Source of the DNA: an uncultured Acidobacteriia bacterium | Lineage (GTDB): Bacteria; Acidobacteriota; Terriglobia; Bryobacterales; Bryobacteraceae | Length of the DNA: 64,000 bases | NCBI GenBank assembly: GCA_903892565.1 | Contig: CAITIX010000353.1 | Coordinates: forward strand, 19,245-83,244 | Reading direction: 5' to 3' | In this document: positions 9,148 through 19,113 of the stretch, in pieces | How positions within the stretch are numbered: position 1 is the first letter of the stretch | How the letters are laid out: the number at the start of each line of letters is the position of its first letter | Made by a program: the position numbers and the translations under genes | Notes under the pieces: model-generated | Told to the model about the DNA's origin: nothing | Seen by the model: only the letters and a program-made list of their open reading frames with translations | The model's database searches: none

Positions 9148-10968
9148 CTAGTCGTCGTCGTCGTTGCTGCTGCCGGTTACTTTTAACACGGCAAGGAAGG
9201 CTTCTTGCGGGATCTCCACGCGTCCCACCCGTTTCATGCGCCGCTTGCCCTCTTTTTGCTTTTCGAGCAGTTTGCGCTTACGGCTGATATCGCCACCGTA
9301 GCACTTCGCGAGTACGTTCTTGCGGATCGCCGAGATTGTTTCGCGCGCCACGATCTTGTTGCCGATGGCCGCCTGCAGCGCCACTTCGAACATCTGGCGT
9401 GGGATCAGCTTGCGCAAGCGCGAGATCAGATCCTTGCCGCGATCATATGCGAATTCCGTATGCACGATCATCGAAAGCGCGTCCACCGGCTCGCCCGCCA
9501 CCAGCACGTCGAGCTTCACCATGGGCGACACGCGATGGCCCGCCAAATGATAATCGAGCGACGCGTAGCCGCGCGAGGCCGACTTCAAGCGATCGTAAAA
9601 ATCCAGCACGATTTCGTTCAGCGGCAATTCGTACACCAGCAGCACGCGGCCCGTGCCAATGTACTCGAACTTCTTCTGCACGCCGCGCTTTTCTTCCAGC
9701 AGCTTCAGGATCTCGCCAATAAAATCCTCGCGCGTGATGACCGTCGCATCGATGATTGGCTCTTGGATTTGCTTAATAAAAGAGGGGTCCGGGAAACGCT
9801 GCGGATTATTGACCTCGATCACTTCACCACCCGTCGTGGTGATGAGGTAGCGCACGCCCGGCGCCGTCGTGATCAGATCGATTTTAAATTCGCGCTCCAG
9901 TCGCTCCTGAATAATCTCCAAGTGGAGCAGGCCAAGGAAGCCGCAACGGAATCCGAAACCCAACGCAGCGGAATGCTCGGGCTCAAAGTTAAACGCGCTG
10001 TCATTGAGGCGGAGCTTTTCGAGTGCATCACGCAGCAGGCCGTGCTCATGCGATTCCACCGGATACAAACCGGCGAAGACCATCGCCTTGAGAGGCTCGA
10101 ATCCAGGCAGAGCCTCGGCCGGAGGATTCGCGTGTTCCACAATCGTGTCGCCGATCTGGGCATCGGATACCGTTTTGATATTGGCGAAGATGAAGCCCAC
10201 TTCGCCCGCCGCAAGTTCGTCGCAAGGAATCGGCTTGGGCGATTGGTACCCCACGCCTTCCACTTCATAGAAGCTGTTCGTCGCCCACAGGCGAATCTTC
10301 ATGCCTTTGCGAATGCGTCCGTCCACGACGCGCGCCAGGATGATCACGCCGCGGTACGAATCGAACCACGAATCGAAAATCAATGCGCGTAGAGGATCCG
10401 TCGGCAGCCCTTTGGGCGGCGGCACTTTCTGCACAATCGCTTCGAGGATCTCATCAATGCCGATGCCGTTCTTCGCGCTAGCAAGAACCGCTTCGCTGGC
10501 GTCGAGACCGATCACCGATTCGATCTGCTCCCGTACGCGTTCGGGCTCGGCCGACGGCAGATCGATCTTGTTGATCACGGGGATGATTTCCAGATTGTGG
10601 TGCAGCGCCAGGTACGTATTCGCCAGCGTCTGGGCCTCCACGCCTTGCGACGCGTCCACCACCAGCAATGCGCCTTCGCAAGCCTGTAAACTGCGGGACA
10701 CTTCATACGTGAAATCGACGTGGCCGGGCGTGTCGATCAAGTTCAGTTCATACCATTCGCCGTTTTTGGCTTTGTAATCCAAGCGCACGGCGTGGGCCTT
10801 AATGGTGATGCCGCGCTCGCGCTCCAGATCCATGGAGTCGAGCACCTGCGCCATCATTTCGCGCTGACTCAGCGCGCCGGTCGTCTCAAGCAATCGATCG
10901 GCAAGCGTAGATTTGCCGTGGTCGATATGCGCAATAATGCTGAAATTTCGAATGTGCGCGGGGTCCAT
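9148..10968 (-). CDS. lepA: elongation factor 4 (LepA)
   Basis: 606 aa. [34 protein letters not shown] GTPase motifs and the LepA-specific C-terminal domain. Confidence 0.97.
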   Translation of the reverse strand: MDPAHIRNFSIIAHIDHGKSTLADRLLETTGALSQREMMAQVLDSMDLERERGITIKAHAVRLDYKAKNGEWYELNLIDTPGHVDFTYEVSRSLQACEGALLVVDASQGVEAQTLANTYLALHHNLEIIPVINKIDLPSAEPERVREQIESVIGLDASEAVLASAKNGIGIDEILEAIVQKVPPPKGLPTDPLRALIFDSWFDSYRGVIILARVVDGRIRKGMKIRLWATNSFYEVEGVGYQSPKPIPCDELAAGEVGFIFANIKTVSDAQIGDTIVEHANPPAEALPGFEPLKAMVFAGLYPVESHEHGLLRDALEKLRLNDSAFNFEPEHSAALGFGFRCGFLGLLHLEIIQERLEREFKIDLITTAPGVRYLITTTGGEVIEVNNPQRFPDPSFIKQIQEPIIDATVITREDFIGEILKLLEEKRGVQKKFEYIGTGRVLLVYELPLNEIVLDFYDRLKSASRGYASLDYHLAGHRVSPMVKLDVLVAGEPVDALSMIVHTEFAYDRGKDLISRLRKLIPRQMFEVALQAAIGNKIVARETISAIRKNVLAKCYGGDISRKRKLLEKQKEGKRRMKRVGRVEIPQEAFLAVLKVTGSSNDDDD

Positions 10969-11022
10969 TACGGTATGATGAAATTCGGAAGTCCGGCCGT
11001 CCGGAATTTCAATTATCCCACG

Positions 11023-11475
11023 ATGTCGTCCGATTCACTCAGCTGGCAAAATATAAACGCCCACGGACTTAAGTTCGCGATCGTTGTCGCGCGCTTCAAC
11101 AGCGCCATTACCGCGAAGCTTTTGGAGGGCGCGCAGGAAGCTTTGCAAAAAGCCGGCGCCTCTGGACACGAGGTTTTTCACGTGCCCGGAGCGTTTGAAC
11201 TGCCGCTGGCGGCCATGAAACTTGCGCGCCGCGGTGGATTCAATGGGATCGTCGCCCTAGGAGCCATTGTGCGCGGCGACACCCCTCACTTCGACTATGT
11301 CGCCGCGGAAACCTCTCGCGGCTTGATGCGCGTCTCGCTCGACACCGGCATCCCGGTGGCTTTCGGCGTCCTGACCACGGACACGATGGAACAGGCGGAA
11401 GCTCGCGCGGGCGGCTCCGCTGGCAATAAAGGCTTCGACGCCGCCATGACAGCCGTAGAAATGGCGCGATTTTGA
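11023..11475 (+). CDS. ribH: 6,7-dimethyl-8-ribityllumazine synthase
   Basis: Inside ORF 10720..11475. [13 protein letters not shown]...VPGAFELP...[14 protein letters not shown] is diagnostic. The upstream part of the ORF overlaps lepA antisense, so the ATG at 11023 was chosen. Confidence 0.92.
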   Translation: MSSDSLSWQNINAHGLKFAIVVARFNSAITAKLLEGAQEALQKAGASGHEVFHVPGAFELPLAAMKLARRGGFNGIVALGAIVRGDTPHFDYVAAETSRGLMRVSLDTGIPVAFGVLTTDTMEQAEARAGGSAGNKGFDAAMTAVEMARF

Positions 11476-11493
11476 TATGGTGATGTTTTAAAC

Positions 11494-11919
11494 ATGCCGG
11501 CACGCCACCGCTCTCGCCAACGCGCTTTGCAGGTTCTCTTTTCCTGGGATCAGGGAACGAAGAGCATTGAGGATTCCATCTCTGCGTTCTACGAAACGCT
11601 GGACTCCGAAGAAAGCGATCCGAAGCCGACGCCACCGGATCCTTTTATGGAAACGCTGGTGCGAGGCACGGCATCAAAGGCCAAGGACCTGGACCAAAAG
11701 ATCGAGGCGAAATCGAACAACTGGCGTCTGGAGCGCATGCCGAGCGTCGATCGCAACATCCTGCGCCTGGCCGTTTATGAAATGACACACACCGATTCGC
11801 CCGCGCCCATCGTCATTGATGAGGCATTGGAATTGGCGCGGCAATTTTCGACCGACGATTCCGCCTCCTTCGTCAACGGCATCCTCGACGCGATTCGTCG
11901 CGACCAAAACCCGACATAG
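11494..11919 (+). CDS. nusB: transcription antitermination factor NusB
   Basis: 141 aa directly downstream of ribH, the classic ribH-nusB pairing. RHRSRQRALQVLF...NILRLAVYEM...IDEALELAR. Confidence 0.93.
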   Translation: MPARHRSRQRALQVLFSWDQGTKSIEDSISAFYETLDSEESDPKPTPPDPFMETLVRGTASKAKDLDQKIEAKSNNWRLERMPSVDRNILRLAVYEMTHTDSPAPIVIDEALELARQFSTDDSASFVNGILDAIRRDQNPT

Positions 11920-11927
11920 CAAAGATC

Positions 11928-12761
11928 ATGCCCGACGGCGCGCGCCCTTCTCGCAAATCCTCCACCCGCGTGAAAGCGGACACCGTAAAAACGAGCGTCG
12001 TAAGAGCGAGCACTGTAACGAACGACGACCCTCGAACACGGCTGAAGATCGTGCTCGTTTCGCCGCGCAATCCCCTGAACATCGGCGCTGCCGCGCGTGC
12101 CATGAGCAATTTTGGATTCGCCGAAATGCGCCTGGTGAATCCTTACGAAGTGGCTTTCAAGGAAGCGCGTTCCGCCGTGAAGGCGCATCGTGTGCTCGAG
12201 GCCGCTCAGGAATTCACCACGGTTGCCGAAGCCATCGCCGACTGTGAATTGGTGGTGGGCACCACGTCGCTGGGACCTCCCCGCACGCTGGAGCATCCCT
12301 TGCGTCGCCTGGAATCCGGCGGCAAAGCGATCGCAAAGAAACTGGCGACCAGTAACGTTGCCCTGCTGTTCGGCTCGGAAAAGTTCGGACTCTCGAATGA
12401 GGACATGAGCCATTGCCACTGGCTGACGCGCATCCCTTCGCGCGAAGAGCACGGATCCATGAACCTCGGCCAAGCCGTTGCCATCTGCCTGTACGAAATC
12501 GTTCGCAATCCGGCAGCGGCGAGACCAGCATCAGAACCGCAGCGCGCCGCAAGCGCCGAAGAGCGCGAACGAATCGCTGCACGGCTCGAAGAAGTGTTGG
12601 CGCGATCCGGCTATGTTCACTCACGGACCGAAGGATCGACGCGAATGAAGATCCGCCGTCTGATTTATCGCATGCAGCTCAACGCGCACGACGCGGAAGT
12701 GTGGATGGGCATGCTGCGGCAGATTTCATGGAAGCTCGACAGCTCCGACTCCCGTCCGTAA
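11928..12761 (+). CDS. SpoU/TrmH-family RNA 2'-O-methyltransferase (TrmJ-like)
   Basis: LVSPRNPLNIGAAARAM, LLFGSEKFGLSNE and SMNLGQAVAICLYE are the three SpoU motifs. Confidence 0.85.
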   Translation: MPDGARPSRKSSTRVKADTVKTSVVRASTVTNDDPRTRLKIVLVSPRNPLNIGAAARAMSNFGFAEMRLVNPYEVAFKEARSAVKAHRVLEAAQEFTTVAEAIADCELVVGTTSLGPPRTLEHPLRRLESGGKAIAKKLATSNVALLFGSEKFGLSNEDMSHCHWLTRIPSREEHGSMNLGQAVAICLYEIVRNPAAARPASEPQRAASAEERERIAARLEEVLARSGYVHSRTEGSTRMKIRRLIYRMQLNAHDAEVWMGMLRQISWKLDSSDSRP

Positions 12762-12824
12762 CCTCCGCGCACATCGTAAAAGCGCCCGTCCCACCAGCGC
12801 CAAATGATATTCTGAAGTTTCGTT

Positions 12825-13040
12825 ATGACGAAAGTTACGCTGCACTACGATTTGACGCGTCCGTTGACCGACGCCGATCTCGACAATATCTACAACGTTC
12901 ATGCAACCTACGGCATGGCGCGCGTCCAGGTGTCGCCGGCGCTCGACAAAATCACCGTAGATTACGACGCATCGCGTCTGACCCGGAAAGATATGGAAGC
13001 CGTCTTGGCTCGCCACGCCATTCCAGTTCGCACGACGTAG
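12825..13040 (+). CDS. hypothetical small protein (71 aa)
   Basis: ATG ORF filling an otherwise empty gap, with protein-like composition. No family recognised. Confidence 0.45.
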   Translation: MTKVTLHYDLTRPLTDADLDNIYNVHATYGMARVQVSPALDKITVDYDASRLTRKDMEAVLARHAIPVRTT

Positions 13041-13069
13041 CTGGTGACGTATCGCGCGCCGAACGGCGC

Positions 13070-13813
13070 TTAGCTCTTTGAAGGCGACATGAACGGCGCG
13101 GCGGCCTTCAAAATTACGATGTCGCCGTACCCTTCCTTGAGCACCAGCTTGTGCGGAGCTTGTGCGCTTCCCGCGAAATCTTGGCCCACGACCCAATGGC
13201 GTTTCGTCGCACCCGGAAAATCGGAAGTCACGCTGCCGAGCTTGGTGTGCGCGTCAACCGCGTATGAAGCGTCGCCGGCGAGCCGCACCGTAATCTGACC
13301 CTTGTGCATGTTGGCCTCGATATCTCCCGCAAGGCCGTCAAAGTGGACTTCGCCGTATCCATCGACCATCACGTGCGCGTTGCGCGGAACTCGAATCACG
13401 TAATTCAGCGTCACAAAGGGCTCCGCGGGGCATAGGACTGCCAGCCCGTGACGCTTGGGAAGATCGGTCGCGATGACGAGTTCCGCACCCTTTTGCTGCG
13501 CTGAGATTTTCACGCCATCCAGTTCTTTCGCGGCTTTGTCGTGATCGGCAGCGGCAACTTCGTACTTCGTGGACTTGATCGTCGTGATTTCGACGCCAGG
13601 CTGATCCCAACCCTCGATCGTCAGTTCGTCAAGCGAATGCGTCACGCGAACCGTTCCGTTCGCCGGAAGATCGGCGTGCTGGGTACTCGTCACGCGCACG
13701 TATTGTTTGACGTCATCCGCCGCGAACAAAGCACAATTCGTACCGGCAAGGAGCACAAGGGACGCCAGCAAGCGCTGGAAAGGATGACGTGAAGATGCGC
13801 CGAGAAGATTCAT
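13070..13813 (-). CDS. secreted DUF4097-like (putative adhesin / beta-helix) protein
   Basis: Signal peptide ([17 protein letters not shown]). The C-terminal repetitive beta pattern [27 protein letters not shown]...[14 protein letters not shown] resembles DUF4097. Confidence 0.6.
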   Translation of the reverse strand: MNLLGASSRHPFQRLLASLVLLAGTNCALFAADDVKQYVRVTSTQHADLPANGTVRVTHSLDELTIEGWDQPGVEITTIKSTKYEVAAADHDKAAKELDGVKISAQQKGAELVIATDLPKRHGLAVLCPAEPFVTLNYVIRVPRNAHVMVDGYGEVHFDGLAGDIEANMHKGQITVRLAGDASYAVDAHTKLGSVTSDFPGATKRHWVVGQDFAGSAQAPHKLVLKEGYGDIVILKAAAPFMSPSKS

Positions 13814-13875
13814 GGTTCCTCACTTCAAAGTTTAGTTGGTGACGTGGATTGCGGCCAGTGGCGCAAACGTAGCGA

Positions 13876-13965
13876 TGGCGGAGAGGGTGGGATTCGAACC
13901 CACGTTAGAGTTTCCCCTAAACACGCTTTCCAAGCGTGCGCCTTCAACCACTCGGCCACCTCTCC
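13876..13965 (-). tRNA. tRNA-Ser (anticodon GGA)
   Basis: 90-nt cloverleaf on the minus strand. The GGAGAGG acceptor 5' arm pairs with CCTCTCC, followed by G and an encoded CCA. It has a GGTTCGAATCC T-arm and a long variable arm. The anticodon loop TTGGAAA gives GGA. Confidence 0.95.
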
Positions 13966-14024
13966 GGGATGAATCTCTAGTCTAGCATCCACGGGCTTGT
14001 TTTCTAAATTCTGCAGCCGTAGGT

Positions 14025-14804
14025 CTATCTCTCATTGCCGTGTGCGACCTTCATCCACAGCGGGGTCCAGAAATAATCCCTTATGTGCAAATAGAACTCG
14101 GGATTGTCAGACGCACGCCCGCTGCAGCCGCCCATCCATTTGCGCAGTTCATCGCGCGCGGGCGCGGAAAGCTCCGAGGCCATGGCCAAATCCTGCAGTG
14201 CGTTGCGATGATGAAACGCCTCAGCCCTTATACGTCCTGCGGCCTCGCTTCGCCTCGTGTCCGTTTTTTGCGGCGCCGCCGCACACACGGAGGATCGGAG
14301 CATCTCAAACGGCGCAACACCGTCGGCACCGGATGGGCCGTTTTCCGGCACGACGTTTTCCCGCACACGCATCTCCATCGGATACGTCACCCAGTCGGCA
14401 CCTATTTGCAGCTCTGGCTCTATCTTGATACGGCGCACCGGGGCGTCTTTGTCGATCCACACGTCCATCCAGAACGTTTGCGTGGCGTCTCCCTTGATCG
14501 GATCGTCGACCCGCTGCAGCCCGGCAGCGGTTTCCGTATAGAAGGTCACATTGGCGGCATTCGCGGGATTCTCTCCCAGCCGCAAAACATAGTCCGTTCC
14601 CGGCGGCACCTGCACGACCACTTGAAAGGAGGTGAATCCGTTGCGCACCAGAGCCGGAGAAAGAATCTCGCGAGGAGACTCAGGAGCAACGACATTCCCC
14701 TGCGCGTCGATTTTCGCGAATTCCGAATACACGTTTAACAGCTGACCCGAGGCTGGCCCGGCGACCAACATCGCATGCAACAACCCCACCAGCACCCATT
14801 TCAT
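14025..14804 (-). CDS. hypothetical secreted protein (259 aa)
   Basis: Inside ORF 14025..15053. The ATG at 14804 gives a signal peptide MKWVLVGLLHAMLVAGPASG. The upstream ORF extension overlaps the S46 peptidase gene. Confidence 0.6.
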   Translation of the reverse strand: MKWVLVGLLHAMLVAGPASGQLLNVYSEFAKIDAQGNVVAPESPREILSPALVRNGFTSFQVVVQVPPGTDYVLRLGENPANAANVTFYTETAAGLQRVDDPIKGDATQTFWMDVWIDKDAPVRRIKIEPELQIGADWVTYPMEMRVRENVVPENGPSGADGVAPFEMLRSSVCAAAPQKTDTRRSEAAGRIRAEAFHHRNALQDLAMASELSAPARDELRKWMGGCSGRASDNPEFYLHIRDYFWTPLWMKVAHGNER

Positions 14805-14818
14805 GCGATTTTTATTGT

Positions 14819-16924
14819 ATGCGAAGTGTTGCGGTTTCGGCAGGATCGGCATGCGCCTTGGCCCTTGCGGCGGCATACCTAACGCCCCCCGTGTTTGCCG
14901 AGGAAGGCAAGTGGACTCCGCAACAAGTCTTGCAACTCGACGCCCAGTGGTTGAAACGCCAGGGACTCGAACTCCCCGTTTCGCGCTTGTGGAATCCGCA
15001 GCGCGGCACAGGATTGCTGTCCGCAGCCGTCGCCGTACCCGGCTGCTCCGCAAGTTTCGTTTCCGCCAACGGCCTCATCCTGACGAATCACCACTGCCTC
15101 TTCAGCATGGTGCAGGAACACTCCACGCCTGAACGCGATCTCATTACCAACGGCTTCCTGGCGCGCACGCAGAGCGACGAACTTCCGAGTAAGACGATGC
15201 GCGTCACCGTCCCGCGCCGCTTCACCGACGTCACGCGCGATATCGAGTCCTCTGTTCCGGCCAACGCCGATGATGCGGGACGCACGAAGGCAATTGAAGC
15301 GAAGGAAAAATCCCTCATCGCGGCGTGTGAGAAGACGCCAGGCAGCCGCTGTAGCGTCGCGGCGTTCGACGGAGGACTCTCTTATGCGCTGGTGGAAACA
15401 TTCGAGCTCACGGATATCCGTCTGGTTTACGCTCCGCCCCGCGCCATTGGCGAATTCGGAGGCGAGCCCGACAACTTCCGCTGGCCCCGCCACACTGGCG
15501 ATTTCGCCATCGCGCGCGCCTACAAGGACGGCAAACCCTATCCACCCGAGTTCTTCTTCCCTCTCTCCGTCTCTGGCGTGAAGCCCGGCGATTTCGTGAT
15601 GGTGCTCGGCTATGCCGGACGCACGTTTCGTTCCATGACCGCAGGTGAAATGGATAACGAACGTCGCCGCTTCGAGCTCGTCCAGAAAGTTTACGGCGAA
15701 TGGATTCACAGCATAGAGGAAGTCACGAAAGGCAGCGCCGACGGATCCATTGCCGTTGCGGCGGGATTGAAATCGCTGAACAACACACACACCAACGCCG
15801 AGGGACAGCTCGCTGGCTTAGCGCGCGGCCGCCTCATCGAGAAGCAAAAGACACACGACGACGCGGTGGTCGCCTGGGCCACAACCCGTCCACAGTTTGC
15901 AAAATCGCTCGCCGCAAAAAAGGAATTAGACCGACTGGCCCAAGAGCGCGAACAAACGCTGGAACGCGACTATGTGTTCGGACTGGCAGCCGCCGGTACC
16001 GTCGCGTTACGCGACGCGATCCAGTTGACGCGGCTTGCCGCGGAGCGGGAAAAGCCGGATGCCGAGCGAGCTCCCGGATATCAGCAGCGTGACTTGGCGC
16101 GTCTGCGTGCGGCACTCGAGCGCGATCAGAAAAGTTTCTATCGCCCGGCCGACGAACTACTTCTGTGGTCCTGGCTCACCCGCGCCGGCCAACAGGGAAT
16201 CGCTGCCGCGAAGAGTATGGGGAAAAACATGGACCTTGCTCATTTGTACGAATCCACCCGCGTGATGGATCTCCCCGAGCGGCTCAAGATGTTCGAAGAA
16301 TCGGTCGCGCAGTTGAAAGCCCGCGGCGATCCCCTGCTCAATTTCGCATTCATTTACGAGCCGGAGCGCAAAGCCTGGCAAGCAACCGTGGACAACCGCG
16401 ACGGAGCCATCGCCCGCCTGCGTCCCGAATGGCGGAAAGCCGTCTTGGCCTACGCTGGAAAGCCCGTGGCTCCGGACGCCAACGGTACGCTGCGCGTCAG
16501 CTTCGCTCACGTGAAAGGATACTCGCCGCGTGACGGTGTGTTCTATTCGCCCCAAACCACACTCGCCGGGATGATCGAAAAGAATACGGGCGAAGAGCCT
16601 TTCGCCGTGCCAGCTTTCATTCTGGACGCCGCTAAGCGAACCGATGCGCAGCGCATTCCCATTGATTTCCTGGCGGATGCAGACACCACGGGCGGCAACT
16701 CCGGCAGCCCTGTCGTCAACGGCCGCGGCGAAATCGTGGGCATTAATTTCGACCGTCCCTGGGAAAACGTCGCCAACGATTTCGGCTACAACCCGGACGT
16801 CGCCCGCAACATCAGCGTCGACATCCGCTTCCTGCACTGGATACTCGAGGACATTCAGCACGCCGACGATTTGCTCAAAGAGTTAGGACTCAAGCGGCCT
16901 GCACGCTCCGCAGAGAAGCACTGA
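14819..16924 (+). CDS. family S46 dipeptidyl-peptidase (DPP7/DPP11-like)
   Basis: 701 aa with a signal peptide. Catalytic His region GCSASFVSANGLILTNHHC and catalytic Ser region TTGGNSGSPVVN. Confidence 0.88.
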   Translation: MRSVAVSAGSACALALAAAYLTPPVFAEEGKWTPQQVLQLDAQWLKRQGLELPVSRLWNPQRGTGLLSAAVAVPGCSASFVSANGLILTNHHCLFSMVQEHSTPERDLITNGFLARTQSDELPSKTMRVTVPRRFTDVTRDIESSVPANADDAGRTKAIEAKEKSLIAACEKTPGSRCSVAAFDGGLSYALVETFELTDIRLVYAPPRAIGEFGGEPDNFRWPRHTGDFAIARAYKDGKPYPPEFFFPLSVSGVKPGDFVMVLGYAGRTFRSMTAGEMDNERRRFELVQKVYGEWIHSIEEVTKGSADGSIAVAAGLKSLNNTHTNAEGQLAGLARGRLIEKQKTHDDAVVAWATTRPQFAKSLAAKKELDRLAQEREQTLERDYVFGLAAAGTVALRDAIQLTRLAAEREKPDAERAPGYQQRDLARLRAALERDQKSFYRPADELLLWSWLTRAGQQGIAAAKSMGKNMDLAHLYESTRVMDLPERLKMFEESVAQLKARGDPLLNFAFIYEPERKAWQATVDNRDGAIARLRPEWRKAVLAYAGKPVAPDANGTLRVSFAHVKGYSPRDGVFYSPQTTLAGMIEKNTGEEPFAVPAFILDAAKRTDAQRIPIDFLADADTTGGNSGSPVVNGRGEIVGINFDRPWENVANDFGYNPDVARNISVDIRFLHWILEDIQHADDLLKELGLKRPARSAEKH

Positions 16925-16931
16925 GCAGCAG

Positions 16932-17336
16932 TTATTTCGCCTGCATCCCCTCGACGTAATTCGCAAGCGTCACAATCCGATACGTCGCGGCCTTGTCATC
17001 TCCCATTTGGCGGACGAACGTTCCCCAAACCGGCATCGCTCGCGAGCCGTGCGCCGGCGCGACCGTTGCGCCCTCAATGTAGCTCCGCACTCGATCCGTC
17101 GGAAACTTGCCGCCGTTCTTCTTGGCGAGCATCGTCAGGTCCGTGGGCATTGTCTTCAAATCGGACGCCGCGGGGCCATCGCCTTTTCCCGACGTCCCGT
17201 GGCACGACGCACACCACGTCTTATACATCTCACTCCCCGTGAGCGAAAACGTAACCGGAAGCGGTTTGTCTTTATCCTGCGCACCGGCAATCTGGCCTAC
17301 TGCCGCAACCAGGGTCAACATGAGAATGACTCGCAT
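16932..17336 (-). CDS. monoheme c-type cytochrome
   Basis: Signal peptide, a single CASCH heme-binding motif, and a distal Met region (SRAMPVWG). Confidence 0.8.
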   Translation of the reverse strand: MRVILMLTLVAAVGQIAGAQDKDKPLPVTFSLTGSEMYKTWCASCHGTSGKGDGPAASDLKTMPTDLTMLAKKNGGKFPTDRVRSYIEGATVAPAHGSRAMPVWGTFVRQMGDDKAATYRIVTLANYVEGMQAK

Positions 17337-17458
17337 GATACTGCTCCTTTCGATCTCAATGTGAATACTGCGTTACTGTGAAAAACTGCGCTCTGCGCAC
17401 CTTTCCTTTGCAATTCCCAAGCCGTTGACTGACTACGAAATTCCTAGAAAAAACGGGC

Positions 17459-17869
17459 GTGGAGGAAGCCCGCTGCGTTGTATCCCCCAACCCACAGCGC
17501 TATCCTGAAGTCGTGGACCCACATCGTCGCGAACGTGTTACAGAAAGTATCCGCGAAGAGCTCGAGGAACTGATCGGCTACGATCTGACGGATCCCCGTG
17601 TCGGCTCCGCCACCGTCACCGAGGTCCATATCTCGCCGGACTACAAGCATGCCCACGTGCGCGTCGCGCTGCAGGGAAATGCCGACGAGCAGAAATCCAC
17701 GCTGCAGGCCCTGGAGCACGCTAAGTCATACTTGCGGAACCAGTTAACCGAGCGCCTGGAGCTCTTCAAAACCCCCGAATTGCACTTCGATGCCGCCCTG
17801 CCCCTCGAAATCGGCTCGAAAACACCCCAATTGCTCAAGCGCATCCGCCGCGGCCGGCCCAAAGACTAG
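17459..17869 (+). CDS. rbfA: ribosome-binding factor A
   Basis: RRERVTESIREELEELI...DPRVG..TVTEVHISPDYKHAHV...LRNQLTERL matches the RbfA KH-like fold pattern. The start is uncertain (GTG 17459). Confidence 0.85.
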   Translation: MEEARCVVSPNPQRYPEVVDPHRRERVTESIREELEELIGYDLTDPRVGSATVTEVHISPDYKHAHVRVALQGNADEQKSTLQALEHAKSYLRNQLTERLELFKTPELHFDAALPLEIGSKTPQLLKRIRRGRPKD

Positions 17870-18072
17870 GTAAAGACTAGGAAAAGGAAGGCACGGCGCA
17901 AAAAAAGCAGCTTTCCCCACAAGCGGTGTGCTAAGTTGGTTTTAGGAGCCAGATTTGAACGGCTCCGTATCCTGGAATTTGTGCTGCAGGCGCTCCACCG
18001 AGCACCCCGCAAATCCAGGCAACCCAATGAAAAAAATATGTTGCGTGATGCAGCTCAACGGGAGTGGATGAC

Positions 18073-19110
18073 ATGCGCGTGCCTCCAATGAACAGCAGGT
18101 TTCTGGATGCTTGCCGCCGCCGGCCGACAGATGTTCGCCCGGTTTGGTTTATGCGGCAGGCCGGACGATACATGAAGCAGTACCGGGACATCCGTGCGCA
18201 CCACGGCATCCTGGAAATCTGCAAGCGCCCCGACTTGGCCGCGCAGGTCACCCTGCAGCCCGTCGAAATTCTCGACGTCGACGCCGCCATCATCTTCGCC
18301 GACCTCCTTTTGCCCGTGGAACCCATGGGCCTGAAGCTGCACTTCGCCCCGGGCGAAGGTCCTGTCATCAGCAATCCCGTCCGCACGACGAACGACGTCG
18401 ATAGCCTGTCGATCTCCAACACGGACGATCTGGGCTACGTCGGCGAAACCATTCAAACCGTGGTTCGTGCGCTTGCCGGACGCGTTCCCGTCATCGGTTT
18501 CGTGGGCGCGCCGTTCACCATGGCGAGCTACATGATCGAAGGCGGCCCTTCGCGCAACTTCATCCGGACGAAATCCATGATGTATCGCGACGAAACTCTG
18601 TGGCGTCGCTTGATGGGCAAGTTGGTCGACGTGCTCGGCTCTTTCGCCGTGATGCAAGTGGCCGCCGGAGCTCGCATCATTCAGGTGTTCGATAGCTGGG
18701 TCGGTGCTCTCGGCCCCGACGATTACGTCCGCTACGTGGCTCCGTATTCGCGCGCGTTGATCGAACGTATCCGCGCCGCTGGCGTCCCCGTGATCCACTT
18801 CGGCACAGGAGCTGCGGGATTCTTCCGCGAGCTGCACGCCGCCGGTGGTGACGTCATGGGCGTGGACTGGCGCATCAATATCGACCAAGCCTGGATGGAC
18901 ATCAGCTATCGCTCTGCCGTGCAGGGCAACCTGGACCCGAGCGTGCTGTTCGCGCCACTTCCAGAGCTCCGCATGCGCGTGCATGAGCTGCTGAAGCGCA
19001 CAGGCTCGCGTCCTGGGCATATTTTCAACCTGGGCCACGGCATCCTGCCGGAGACCCCGGTAGAAAACGTCAAAGCGTGCGTCGAGATCGTGCGCGAATT
19101 CAAGCTGTAA
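18073..19110 (+). CDS. hemE: uroporphyrinogen decarboxylase
   Basis: PVWFMRQAGRYM signature near the N-terminus, and full-length similarity pattern to HemE. Candidate starts at 18064, 18073 and 18088. Confidence 0.93.
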   Translation: MRVPPMNSRFLDACRRRPTDVRPVWFMRQAGRYMKQYRDIRAHHGILEICKRPDLAAQVTLQPVEILDVDAAIIFADLLLPVEPMGLKLHFAPGEGPVISNPVRTTNDVDSLSISNTDDLGYVGETIQTVVRALAGRVPVIGFVGAPFTMASYMIEGGPSRNFIRTKSMMYRDETLWRRLMGKLVDVLGSFAVMQVAAGARIIQVFDSWVGALGPDDYVRYVAPYSRALIERIRAAGVPVIHFGTGAAGFFRELHAAGGDVMGVDWRINIDQAWMDISYRSAVQGNLDPSVLFAPLPELRMRVHELLKRTGSRPGHIFNLGHGILPETPVENVKACVEIVREFKL

Positions 19111-19113
19111 GCG

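Noticed and set aside
9205-10392. 395-aa plus-strand ORF, and similar ORFs at 28910..29947, 2432..3421, 36727..37593, 6703..7527 and 14879..15790
   Set aside because: All are antisense to well-supported genes (lepA, cysD/cysN, shc, the 10-TM protein, recA, the S46 peptidase) and show shadow-ORF composition.
10969-11022. FMN riboswitch upstream of ribH
   Set aside because: The intergenic region is only ~54 nt and is shared with the divergent lepA start. That is too short for an RFN element.
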